In this document: one piece after another, positions 1-8,942 of the stretch | How the letters are laid out: each line of letters begins with the position of its first letter | Position numbering within the stretch: the stretch's first letter is position 1 | NCBI GenBank assembly: GCA_913043225.1 | Contig: CAJWLU010000008.1 | Location: forward strand, 76,909-140,908 | DNA length: 64,000 bases | DNA from: an uncultured Acidobacteriota bacterium | Lineage (GTDB): Bacteria > Acidobacteriota > Vicinamibacteria > Vicinamibacterales > UBA8438 | Reading direction: 5' to 3' | The notes under the pieces: model-generated | Told to the model about the DNA's origin: nothing | Database searches by the model: none | What the model saw: the letters and a program-made list of their open reading frames with translations, nothing else | Made by a program: the position numbers and the translations under genes

Positions 1-990
1 AGCGGGCGTCAGCCGCACAACTCGGAGATCACGTGGCTAACTGCGGCACGTCGACCGGGTCTCGACGGCTTCCGTAACTCCATCTCGATCGACCAGGTGG
101 CGGCCAACCAGTTCGGTTACAGCACCCGGTTCCCGTCGATCGTGCTCGGCACCGCTACCGCACAAAGCCAGTCGTTCACGACTAGTGGCGCCATGGTGCC
201 GGCCGAAGCCAGTGCGGCCGAGCTGTTCCGGAAGCTGTTCCTGCAGGGCACCCCTGAGGAGCTCGAACGCGAGGCCCAGAGTCTCGAGGATGGCGGCAGT
301 ATCCTTGATCGGCTCAAGACGCAGACCGACGCGTTGCGGCGGCGGGTGAGCGCGGCCGACCAGCGCAAGCTCGATGCCTATTACCAGGCGGTGCGCACCG
401 CCGAGCAGGATCTGGGCGAGGTCAAGGCCTGGCAGACGCGGGCGAAGCCGGTCGTCGGTGCCGAGCAGCCGACCGACCTGCCGAACCCGGCCGACCTAAT
501 CGGGCGGATCAAGCTAATGTTCAACCTTATCCCACTGATTCTAGAGACTGACTCGTCGCGTGTGGTCAGCATGATGATCCAGGACCACGGCGTTGTGCCC
601 ACTGTGCAAGGCGTCAGCTCGGACCAGCACAGCCTGTCGCACCACGGCCAGGACCCGGGCAAGATTGAGCAGCTCAAGAAGATCGAACTGCAGATCGTCG
701 AGGCGTTCGGCACGCTGATGGACGATCTCCAGAGCCGGACCGATGAGAATGGGTCGCTGCTCGACCAGACGACGGTGCTCTTCGGCAGCAACCTGGGCAA
801 CGCCAACGCGCACACGCCCGTCGACCTGCCGGTTCTGGTCGCCGGCGGCGGTTTCTCGCACGGGCAGCACATTGCCCACCAGGGCGAGCACAACGCTCCG
901 CTCTGCGACCTGTTCGTCACCTTGCTGCAGAACGTCGGAGTGGAAACCGATCAGTTTAGCCAGAGCAAGAGCACCCTCACCTGGGGGTGA
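1..990 (+). CDS. DUF1552 domain protein (5' truncated by window edge)
   Basis: Frame is open from base 1 (SGRQPHNSEITWLT...NSISIDQVAA). It has DQHSLSHH, GSLLDQTTVLFGSNLGNANAH and LPVLVAGG motifs typical of DUF1552 and is paralogous to 51549..52883. Confidence 0.88.
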   Translation, partial: SGRQPHNSEITWLTAARRPGLDGFRNSISIDQVAANQFGYSTRFPSIVLGTATAQSQSFTTSGAMVPAEASAAELFRKLFLQGTPEELEREAQSLEDGGSILDRLKTQTDALRRRVSAADQRKLDAYYQAVRTAEQDLGEVKAWQTRAKPVVGAEQPTDLPNPADLIGRIKLMFNLIPLILETDSSRVVSMMIQDHGVVPTVQGVSSDQHSLSHHGQDPGKIEQLKKIELQIVEAFGTLMDDLQSRTDENGSLLDQTTVLFGSNLGNANAHTPVDLPVLVAGGGFSHGQHIAHQGEHNAPLCDLFVTLLQNVGVETDQFSQSKSTLTWG

Positions 991-1000
991 GCGATCTTGT

Positions 1001-1024
1001 CGGGCGGGGCTTTGGCCCCGCCCG
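1001..1024 (+). terminator. GC-rich hairpin after DUF1552 gene (no clear U-tract)
   Basis: cgggcggggc-tttg-gccccgcccg, a perfect 10-bp stem 10 nt after the stop codon. Confidence 0.5.
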
Positions 1025-1105
1025 CACGTTCATACCCGTTCGCACTATCGAGGCATCGCCTTGCCGGCGTCCGTTCTCTCCTAAGACACTAGAGAGGCTC
1101 AGTCT

Positions 1106-3556
1106 ATGTACCGGGTCGTAGTTCTTGTTCTGATCGGTGTGCTTACGGGTACCGGGGCCGCGACGGCCCAGTCGCTGCAGGAAGACGTCCGTCCGCTTGT
1201 GCGCGAGTCGTGCGTGCGTTGCCACGGTGTGCGCACCGTCACCCCGCTCAACCTGGTCGATCTCGGGTACGACCTGTCGGACCGCGAGACGTTCGCGACC
1301 TGGGAGAAAGTCTACGAGCGGCTCGAACGAGGGGAGATGCCCCCGTCGACGGCGGCCCAGCCTGACGGAACGGTTGTTGACGCCGCGCTCGCCTCGCTGA
1401 AGCTGGCCTTGACCGACGCGAGCGTGACGGCGCGCGGTGATCAGCGCACGCCTCTGCGCCGGCTGACCCGTCTCGAGTACGGCTACACCATCTCGGATCT
1501 GATCGGGGTGGACGAGGAGATCGGCGAAGAGCTGGGCCAGAGTCTGCCGGCCGAGGCCGACTCGGGCGGGTTCGACACCGTCGCCGCCAACCAGGCGATG
1601 TCGCCGCTCCATATCCAGAGCTATCTCGCCGCCGCTGACGCCGCTCTGGACGCCGCGCTGGTCGTCGGGCCGCCGCCGCCGGTCGACCTGTATCACGTCG
1701 ACTACGGTGTCTCGCAGTATCTCTATGGCATCGCCAACGCGAGAGCGATCGGCCTCGGCAGCGTCTTGCAGCTCGATGACGCCTACGTCCAGTTCTTCGA
1801 CTTCACCTCCACCTACACGTTCCACAGCATGTCGGAGGGGATCGCCATCCCGTATCCCGGCCGGTACGACGTGACCGTGGAGGCCTATCCCTATCAGGCC
1901 CGGACACCGGTCGGGTTCATGGTGTACCACGGTAAGCTGGCGGGCGTGGCGGCGTCGCTCGACGAGCTGATCGGGGCCTACGATCTGGAGGCCGGCGAGA
2001 CGACGGCGGTCAAGCTGAGGCCGTTCATGCGTCCTGGCGACCTGATCGGCGTGACGCCGATCGATACCGATGTTCCCCCGGACGCCGATCCCGCCACCCT
2101 CTCACCGGCGGACCCCGCCGACGGTTACATCGATCTCATCCAGGACTATCCCGGCGAAGGAGTGGCGTTCAAGTCGATGACGATCGAGGGGCCCATCCTC
2201 GACGCCTGGCCTCCCGAGAGCACGCGTCAGCTCCTGGTCGGGGTCGAGTTTGATGAGGAGCACCAGGTCCGTCTGACCAAGGAGCCGTATGCTCACGTGG
2301 TGGACGTCGTGGCGGCCTTCGCCCCGCGCGCGTTCCGCCGGCCGTTAAGCGATGAGCAGATCGAGGCCTATGCCTCGTTGGCGCGTCCCCTGATAGAAGA
2401 GGGGCGGCCGTTCCTCGAGGCGGTGCGGGTACCCTTGCGCGCCATTCTCAGCGCGCCAGCCTTTCTCTTTCACGGCGCGTCGGCGTCGGCCGAGCTCGAC
2501 GACTTCGACCTGGCCACCAGGCTGTCGTACTTTCTCTGGCGAAGCATGCCCGACGAGGCGCTGCTCGCGGCGGCCCGCGACGGCCGGCTGTCTGACTCGT
2601 CGGCGCTGATCGCGCAGGTCGACCGGATGCTGGACGACCCGAAGTCCTCGCGGTTCGTCAAAGACTTCGCCGGCCAGGCGTTCCGGATCTACGAGTTGAG
2701 GTCCACCACGCCTGACCCGGGGCTCTATCCGGAATACGAAGACCGGCTTGGCCAGGCGATGGCCTGGGAGACGCAGCTCTTCTTCGGTGAGCTGATCGCC
2801 AGCAACCTCGGGGCGGGCGCCCTGATCGACGCCGACTTCACGTTCTTGAATCGGCGGCTGGCCGACCACTACGGCGTGCCGGATGTCGTCGGCATGCAGA
2901 TGCGCAAGGTGGACCTCCCGGCCGGGAGTCCGCGCGGCGGGCTGCTGACCCAGGCCGCCGTCCACAAGATCACGGCCAACGGCACCGCGACCTCACCGAT
3001 TCCCCGTGGCAACTTCGTCTTGACGAACCTACTGGGGCGTCCGGCGCCGCCACCGCCCGCCGAGGTGGGCGCGCTCGAACCGGATACCCGCGGTACGACG
3101 ACCATCCGTGAGCAGCTCGACGCCCACCGGAGCAGCCCGGTGTGCGCGAACTGTCACCGGGTGATCGACCCGCCCGGGTTCGCCATGGAGTCGTTCGACC
3201 CGATCGGCGGGTTCAGGACGAACTATCGCGTGCCGGGTGAGGCGATGGACTTCGACGGTTTCATAGTGCCCGGGCCTTTCACGGACGGAGCGCGGGTCGA
3301 CGCGAGCGGCGTGACCCCAGGGGGCGACAGCTTCGCGGACATCAACGAGTACAAGCGACTGCTGATCGATACCGAGCTCGACGCGGTGGCCGGTCACTTG
3401 GCGTCGCAATTGCTGATCTTTGCGACCGGTGCCGAGATCGCGTTCGCCGACCGTGCGGCGGTCGACGGCATCGTTAATGCCGGTCGCACCGAAGGCCATC
3501 CGGTGCGCACGATGATTCAGCGGATCGTTGGCAGTGACCTGTTCAAGACGCGCTGA
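1106..3556 (+). CDS. DUF1592/1588/1587/1595/1585 di-heme cytochrome c-like exported protein, paralog A
   Basis: Signal peptide, CVRCH...GEMPP, RRLTRLEY, RLSYFLWRSMPD, RGGLL, CANCH-xx-IDPPGF. Confidence 0.92.
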   Translation: MYRVVVLVLIGVLTGTGAATAQSLQEDVRPLVRESCVRCHGVRTVTPLNLVDLGYDLSDRETFATWEKVYERLERGEMPPSTAAQPDGTVVDAALASLKLALTDASVTARGDQRTPLRRLTRLEYGYTISDLIGVDEEIGEELGQSLPAEADSGGFDTVAANQAMSPLHIQSYLAAADAALDAALVVGPPPPVDLYHVDYGVSQYLYGIANARAIGLGSVLQLDDAYVQFFDFTSTYTFHSMSEGIAIPYPGRYDVTVEAYPYQARTPVGFMVYHGKLAGVAASLDELIGAYDLEAGETTAVKLRPFMRPGDLIGVTPIDTDVPPDADPATLSPADPADGYIDLIQDYPGEGVAFKSMTIEGPILDAWPPESTRQLLVGVEFDEEHQVRLTKEPYAHVVDVVAAFAPRAFRRPLSDEQIEAYASLARPLIEEGRPFLEAVRVPLRAILSAPAFLFHGASASAELDDFDLATRLSYFLWRSMPDEALLAAARDGRLSDSSALIAQVDRMLDDPKSSRFVKDFAGQAFRIYELRSTTPDPGLYPEYEDRLGQAMAWETQLFFGELIASNLGAGALIDADFTFLNRRLADHYGVPDVVGMQMRKVDLPAGSPRGGLLTQAAVHKITANGTATSPIPRGNFVLTNLLGRPAPPPPAEVGALEPDTRGTTTIREQLDAHRSSPVCANCHRVIDPPGFAMESFDPIGGFRTNYRVPGEAMDFDGFIVPGPFTDGARVDASGVTPGGDSFADINEYKRLLIDTELDAVAGHLASQLLIFATGAEIAFADRAAVDGIVNAGRTEGHPVRTMIQRIVGSDLFKTR

Positions 3557-3627
3557 CCCAGGTGTGTCTGTCCGGGTCGACGTTATACTTCCCTCTACAG
3601 AGGTGTGAGCTCCATAACGAGGTTCCT

Positions 3628-4671
3628 ATGAGTGTGTACCGCCTAATTTGTTTCGTGCTGGTTGCAGTTGCGGCGCTTTCCCTTGGCGCAGTACCGGCTC
3701 GGGCCCAGGATGATCAAGGCGTCATCCGAGGGTGGGTGTTCATCGAGGGTGGGGACCGAGACGGGGTCCCGGGTGCTGTGGTGACAGCTGAACCCCCAGC
3801 GTATCAGGCTGACGGCATCACGGAAGAGACACTGGCCATCACGGTTGAAGCCGACGTTTCTGACAACGGGCGTTTCAACCTTAACTGGCTTCGCAGTGGC
3901 ATTTGGAACGTGACTGCCTCTGCCGAGGGGTTCAGCGACGTGCGGCTCCGGATCGAGGTAACCCAGGGGACGGCCAGAGAGTCGTACGCCTGCACGGAGA
4001 CCCAGGTGCAGAAGTGCCAGGATCCGGTCGAGTTCCATATGGCTCGCCTCAAGACCGAGGCCAATGTGACCGTCGATGCGGCGCTCGGTGACGCTGAGGA
4101 CACCGAACGGGAAGAGGCCAGGCTGCAGCTGACTGCGGCCGACGATGCCTATAACGCCGGTGATTATTGGACGGCCATTAGCAGCTACGACCAGTTGTTG
4201 GAGAGTTGGCCGCAGATGGCCATGCTTCATGAGGACCGCGGAGACGCCTATCGGTCACTTGGGCAGTTCGCGGAGGCCCTTACGGCATACGAACTCTTCT
4301 TGGCGACCGAGCCGGAGGCCGACGTGGTCGAGGCGGTCGAGCGAAAAATGGTCCGGGCGCGGCTGCTGGCTGGTGATCTCGACGCCGCCGGAGATCTGGC
4401 GTCCGCCGGGGGCGACGCGTCGCGAGAGGACCTCTATAACTTGGGCGAGGTGGCGTTCCAGCAAGGCAACATCGACGACGCCGCCGGCTGGTACGAGAAG
4501 TCGGCGGCTGCTGACCCGACCTGGGAGGCACCCGTTTTCAAGCTTGGGATGGTTGCATTGAATCGTGGGGACATGGAGGGCGCTAAGGTGTTCTTCCGGA
4601 CGGTGGTCGAATTGGCGCCGGACTCTCCGGAAGGGGTGCAGGCGGCCGCCACGCTCTCGGCGCTTCCGTAG
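3628..4671 (+). CDS. Exported TPR protein with N-terminal carboxypeptidase-regulatory-like (Ig-like) domain
   Basis: ATG 3628 follows gagg. Signal peptide ends ARA-Q; GIWNVTASAEGF beta-sandwich motif; C-terminal TPRs (LYNLGEVAF, FKLGMVAL). Confidence 0.8.
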   Translation: MSVYRLICFVLVAVAALSLGAVPARAQDDQGVIRGWVFIEGGDRDGVPGAVVTAEPPAYQADGITEETLAITVEADVSDNGRFNLNWLRSGIWNVTASAEGFSDVRLRIEVTQGTARESYACTETQVQKCQDPVEFHMARLKTEANVTVDAALGDAEDTEREEARLQLTAADDAYNAGDYWTAISSYDQLLESWPQMAMLHEDRGDAYRSLGQFAEALTAYELFLATEPEADVVEAVERKMVRARLLAGDLDAAGDLASAGGDASREDLYNLGEVAFQQGNIDDAAGWYEKSAAADPTWEAPVFKLGMVALNRGDMEGAKVFFRTVVELAPDSPEGVQAAATLSALP

Positions 4672-4704
4672 TACGTGACTGACTCCGTAATTGAGGCATC
4701 TGAT

Positions 4705-5628
4705 ATGAACGTCGACACATACCGTAACGTTTTTTCGAGTGCGCTGGCGTTGACGCTTGTGCTGTTTGGGGCACCTGTCACGTTTGCCCAGTCGCCGGCG
4801 TTGTTCGTGAGTTTTACCGACGCCAACGACGGTACCCCCGTCACCGACATTACCGCTGATGAGGTCGTCATCGAGGTGGACGGAGCCCATGGCGAGACAC
4901 TCAACCTCGAACCGATCGACTGGCCGGTACGGGTCACTATCTTTGTCGATAACGGGGTGGCGAGTGTGCCCGCGTTGGCCGACATGCGCGAGGGGGTCAC
5001 GCTTTTCCTGGAAGAAATGCCGCCTGACGTTGAGGTGGCCATCGGAACCATCGGCGGACGACCACAGTTTCAGGCTCGGCATACGACCGATCGAGCGGAG
5101 CTTGCTGATGCCATCGGTACGATTGCGCCGGACATGGAAGGTGCAGCCATGTTTGTTGACGCGCTCTATGAAGAAGCGGAGCGGATGCACGAGGACGAGG
5201 AAGGGCAGTACTTCCCGGTTGTCGTGATGGTTGCGACCAATGGTCCCGAGGGCAGCAGTCGGGTGCGAGAACGGCCGTTCAGGGAGATGATGGAACGTCT
5301 GTTCGCGAACAGCGCCACCGTTCACACCAAGATGTGGGCTATCATCAGCGCCGGGGGTATCGCGCAGGGGGGCGACCAGGGCCAGCTTGGGCAAAGCATC
5401 GGTGAAGCGACGGGTGGCACTTTCGAAGCATTGACCTCGTCTAATGGGTTCCGGACCCTGCTGCCGGCGCTGGCCCAAGATATTGCCCGGAAGCACCGCC
5501 TAGTAAGCAGCCAGTATCGCGTAACCTTTGCGCCTCCGGAGGAGGCATCCGACCAACCGGCCATCCGGGTCTTGACCACCCGCTCCGGAGTGAATATGAC
5601 GCCGACTATGAACGGGAACATTCCGTAG
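4705..5628 (+). CDS. Acidobacterial VWA-like exported protein, paralog 1
   Basis: Signal peptide; D..G.PVTDIT N-terminus; PVRVTIFVDN; QYRVTFAPP C-terminal motif. Confidence 0.7.
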   Translation: MNVDTYRNVFSSALALTLVLFGAPVTFAQSPALFVSFTDANDGTPVTDITADEVVIEVDGAHGETLNLEPIDWPVRVTIFVDNGVASVPALADMREGVTLFLEEMPPDVEVAIGTIGGRPQFQARHTTDRAELADAIGTIAPDMEGAAMFVDALYEEAERMHEDEEGQYFPVVVMVATNGPEGSSRVRERPFREMMERLFANSATVHTKMWAIISAGGIAQGGDQGQLGQSIGEATGGTFEALTSSNGFRTLLPALAQDIARKHRLVSSQYRVTFAPPEEASDQPAIRVLTTRSGVNMTPTMNGNIP

Positions 5629-5959
5629 AGAGCTCGGTGTTGCGTCGCCGAGGGCCATTTTCAGGATTGTTCACTGCGTCTAACCCTATCCAATCGTTTG
5701 GATGGTAAATTCAAACACTTGAACGACCGATAGTAGGTTGAACGGTTGAGATGGAGCTAAATCTGGGCTGATTGGTGTGAGTTCAGGATGGCTTGAATCT
5801 TGCTGAGTCTTCCGTGGAAGCGGCTGAGGCTTGCCTCGGCTTCGGTGTGTGTGTTAAAAATTGGTGAAACGAAAGAGCGTGACAGGTTCCTGTTTGCGTC
5901 CGTGTGACGGAGACTGGACACCCCTGAAGTTATGGGGCCTCTGGAGGGAATGCAGGGAT

Positions 5960-8869
5960 ATGCCTAGGAACATTGGCGCAATTGTCGTACTCGTTATCGC
6001 CGGCCTCGTGTTGGCACCGTCCGCAGGCTGGGCGCAGGAAGATGCCGGCATCGGCGGCCGAATTGTCGACGACACCGGGGGCGTGCTCCCTGGCGTGTCG
6101 GTCAACGTTACCAGTCCTGCACTCCTCGCCGATCGCGAGGCATTCAGTGACGCAGCCGGAAACTTTCTCGTCACCAACCTGCCCTCGGGCGAGTATACGG
6201 TGACATTCACGTTGCAGGGCTTCGGCACCGTCGTACGCGAGGGGGTCACGCTCCAGGGTGCCTTCGTGGCGGATCTCGACATCGAACTCGGCGTCGGCGC
6301 CGTTGCTGAAACCCTGACGGTACGGGGCGCCGCGCCCCTCGTCGACGTTAGGAGCACGCGGAACCAGCAGGTGCTGACTGCCGACCGGGTGAACGTTCTC
6401 CCGGGCGCAGCGAACATCTATCAGGCATCCCAGTACGTGCCTGGTGTGGTTATCGGTGGACCCTACGGCGGGCGTCCGGAACTACACGGATCGGATGCTT
6501 TGGACGGCCTGCCTGCCATCGACGGCGTGCAGACTGGAGCGCAGCTCCAAGGCCGCGGTGAGTGGGGCGGCGGCATCGGTGGCGTCACCAACGAGGCGCA
6601 GGTCACCGAAGTCGTCTTCGACGTCGCGTCGCAGTCCGCTGAGTACGCCACAAGCGGGATGCGGACCAACGTCGTCCCCAAGTCGGGCGGAAACACGTTC
6701 GCCTACAACGTCTTCGTAGACGGCACGAACTCGAAGTTTCAGTCGAACAACCTGAGTCCGGCCCTTGAGGAACAGGGCTTCGCGTTCGCGCCGGTCGACT
6801 ATCGGTGGAATCTCAATCCCGCGGTTGGGGGCCCGATCGTTCGAGACAAGCTTTGGTTCTTTGGCTCGGTCCTGACCGGGCAGAGCCGAAACTTCATTCT
6901 CGACCAGTTCTTTGACCTGAATGAACCGTCGACGCCGTCTTCGGTCACCGAGGACGATCTGCGGGCCTTCAATCAGCGGACCCCGAATCAGCAGAGCCTC
7001 CGCCTGACGTGGCAGGCCACCCAACGGCACAAGTTCGCGGTCAACATCATGCACGAGAACACGCCTTATTCCCGTGCTATGCCGTCTGGCGTATTTGGTA
7101 AGATTGCCCCGGCGTCAGCCTACCAAGGCGATAGCCCGGACCTACTCGTCAGCACGCGATGGACCGCACCAGTGACGAATGCGCTGCTCTTGGAGGCAGA
7201 CTTCGCATACCAGAAGGCCCACATCAACACGCGGCCGATGGATCACGGCGAAGCGCGGATGCAGATTTCTGACGTCGCGAGCGGTGCTGTTACCTCGAGC
7301 AGTTTCCAGAACCACCACAACATCGACTATCACCACCGTGTCAACGCGTCGATGTCGTACGTGACCGGCTCGCACAACTTCAAGGCGGGCCTCAAGTACG
7401 ACCGGAATAACACCTCCCTCTCCTACACGCCGCCAGGGGAGATCTTCTCGGGCTACGCGTTCAACGGGTGGCCGATCGGGATCCTGGTGGGTGTTAACGG
7501 GACCAGCAAAAGCAACATCAACATGAACTGCGACTGTGGCATCTATGTGCAGGATGCTTGGACGCTAGACCGGCTGACGATCAACGGTGGGTTCCGGTTC
7601 GACTGGTTCAATAACTCAGTTCCGGGCGGTACCCGTCCCGAGGGCTACTGGGCGCCGGCGCTGACGCTTCCTGACCCCATCATCGAAAACGTGCCGAACT
7701 GGAAGAATTTCAACGGGCGGTTCGGTATCGCCTATGACCTGTTCGGTGACGGTTCGACTGCGGTGAAGATGTCCGCGGGGCGCTTCGTTGAGTACCACGG
7801 CACCGGGCTGACCCAGGGCTTCAACCCGGTCAACGCCTATTCACTCGACTGGCGGTCGTGGACTGACCTCAATTACGACGGCACTGCGCTTAACCCTGAT
7901 GGGACACCGCAGTTCGACGAGGTTGGGCCTTCGAACAACCCGAACTTTGGGACCGGCACCATCCAGACTCAGCTTGACCCGGATGCGCCGCGGAACACCA
8001 ACTGGGAGTACTCGGCCGGCATCGAGCGCCAGCTTGGTCCCGGCTGGTCGGTTAGCGGAATGTGGCACCGACGGAGCTACGGCAACTTCCGGTGGACCGA
8101 TAACCTGAACACCTCCGCGGCCGACTGGTCGTTGGCAGGGACGTGGACCGGTCCGAGCGACTCGCAGCTGCCAGCTCAGGCACAGAATGTTGTGGTGCCG
8201 ATCTATACCACCAGCCCGGATCTCAACATCCTGTCGGGCAACGACCTCCTCACCGGGGCGGAGAATGACTGGAGGACGTGGAACGGGTTCGAGCTCATCG
8301 TCGACGGTGAGCTCTGGCGTGGCGGCTTCATGACCGCCAGCGTCACCGCTGGTTCGGCGACCAACAACTTCTGCCAGAGCGGTATTGCAGAGAATCCGAA
8401 CTCTCTGCGGTTCTGTAACTACACCACGCCGTATCGGCCGATGGCCAAGCTGTCGGGTGGGCTGCCGTTGCCCTTCGACACCATGATTTCAGGTATCTTC
8501 CAGGTGTTCCCTGGCGAGGAGATCCAGGCCAACTACACCCTCGACCCGACCGATTTCCCTGGTCTGATCAACTTGGGGGACACGACCGCCACGATTCCAA
8601 CTCTGAGCGTCGGCTTGATCGAGCCGGGGACTGAGTTCGAGCCGTATCGGACGCAGACGAACTTCCGGTTCTCGAAGGTCATCACGATGGGTGGTGGCAA
8701 TGTGCGGGCGCGTGTTTACATGGACGCCCAGAACATCTTCAATAAGGCTCGGGTCACGAGCCGGAACCGGTCCTGGGGTGGCGGTGGAGTCAAGAACCCC
8801 GAGTTCCTCAGGGTCATTAACATCGAGCCGGGGCGCGTGCTCTCGTTCGGGGTGCAGACCTACTTCTAG
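5960..8869 (+). CDS. TonB-dependent receptor with carboxypeptidase-regulatory-like N-terminal domain
   Basis: Signal peptide; DDTGGVLPGVSV, GEYTVTFTLQGF, GGPIVRDKLWFF, YVQDAW, GIAYDLFGDG; C-terminal VQTYF. Confidence 0.93.
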   Translation: MPRNIGAIVVLVIAGLVLAPSAGWAQEDAGIGGRIVDDTGGVLPGVSVNVTSPALLADREAFSDAAGNFLVTNLPSGEYTVTFTLQGFGTVVREGVTLQGAFVADLDIELGVGAVAETLTVRGAAPLVDVRSTRNQQVLTADRVNVLPGAANIYQASQYVPGVVIGGPYGGRPELHGSDALDGLPAIDGVQTGAQLQGRGEWGGGIGGVTNEAQVTEVVFDVASQSAEYATSGMRTNVVPKSGGNTFAYNVFVDGTNSKFQSNNLSPALEEQGFAFAPVDYRWNLNPAVGGPIVRDKLWFFGSVLTGQSRNFILDQFFDLNEPSTPSSVTEDDLRAFNQRTPNQQSLRLTWQATQRHKFAVNIMHENTPYSRAMPSGVFGKIAPASAYQGDSPDLLVSTRWTAPVTNALLLEADFAYQKAHINTRPMDHGEARMQISDVASGAVTSSSFQNHHNIDYHHRVNASMSYVTGSHNFKAGLKYDRNNTSLSYTPPGEIFSGYAFNGWPIGILVGVNGTSKSNINMNCDCGIYVQDAWTLDRLTINGGFRFDWFNNSVPGGTRPEGYWAPALTLPDPIIENVPNWKNFNGRFGIAYDLFGDGSTAVKMSAGRFVEYHGTGLTQGFNPVNAYSLDWRSWTDLNYDGTALNPDGTPQFDEVGPSNNPNFGTGTIQTQLDPDAPRNTNWEYSAGIERQLGPGWSVSGMWHRRSYGNFRWTDNLNTSAADWSLAGTWTGPSDSQLPAQAQNVVVPIYTTSPDLNILSGNDLLTGAENDWRTWNGFELIVDGELWRGGFMTASVTAGSATNNFCQSGIAENPNSLRFCNYTTPYRPMAKLSGGLPLPFDTMISGIFQVFPGEEIQANYTLDPTDFPGLINLGDTTATIPTLSVGLIEPGTEFEPYRTQTNFRFSKVITMGGGNVRARVYMDAQNIFNKARVTSRNRSWGGGGVKNPEFLRVINIEPGRVLSFGVQTYF

Positions 8870-8892
8870 AGCCGTTTTTCCGGGGTAACATG

Positions 8893-8931
8893 AAACGCCG
8901 GGGAGCCGAAAGGCTCCCCGGCGTTTTTTTT
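8893..8931 (+). terminator. Intrinsic terminator after TonB receptor
   Basis: aaacgccggggagcc-gaaa-ggctccccggcgttt followed by a T run. Confidence 0.9.
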
Positions 8932-8942
8932 GGGCGCGCATC

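Noticed and set aside
5629..5959. Cobalamin or TPP riboswitch upstream of the TonB receptor
   Set aside because: Could not identify the conserved core motifs by eye; needs an Rfam scan.
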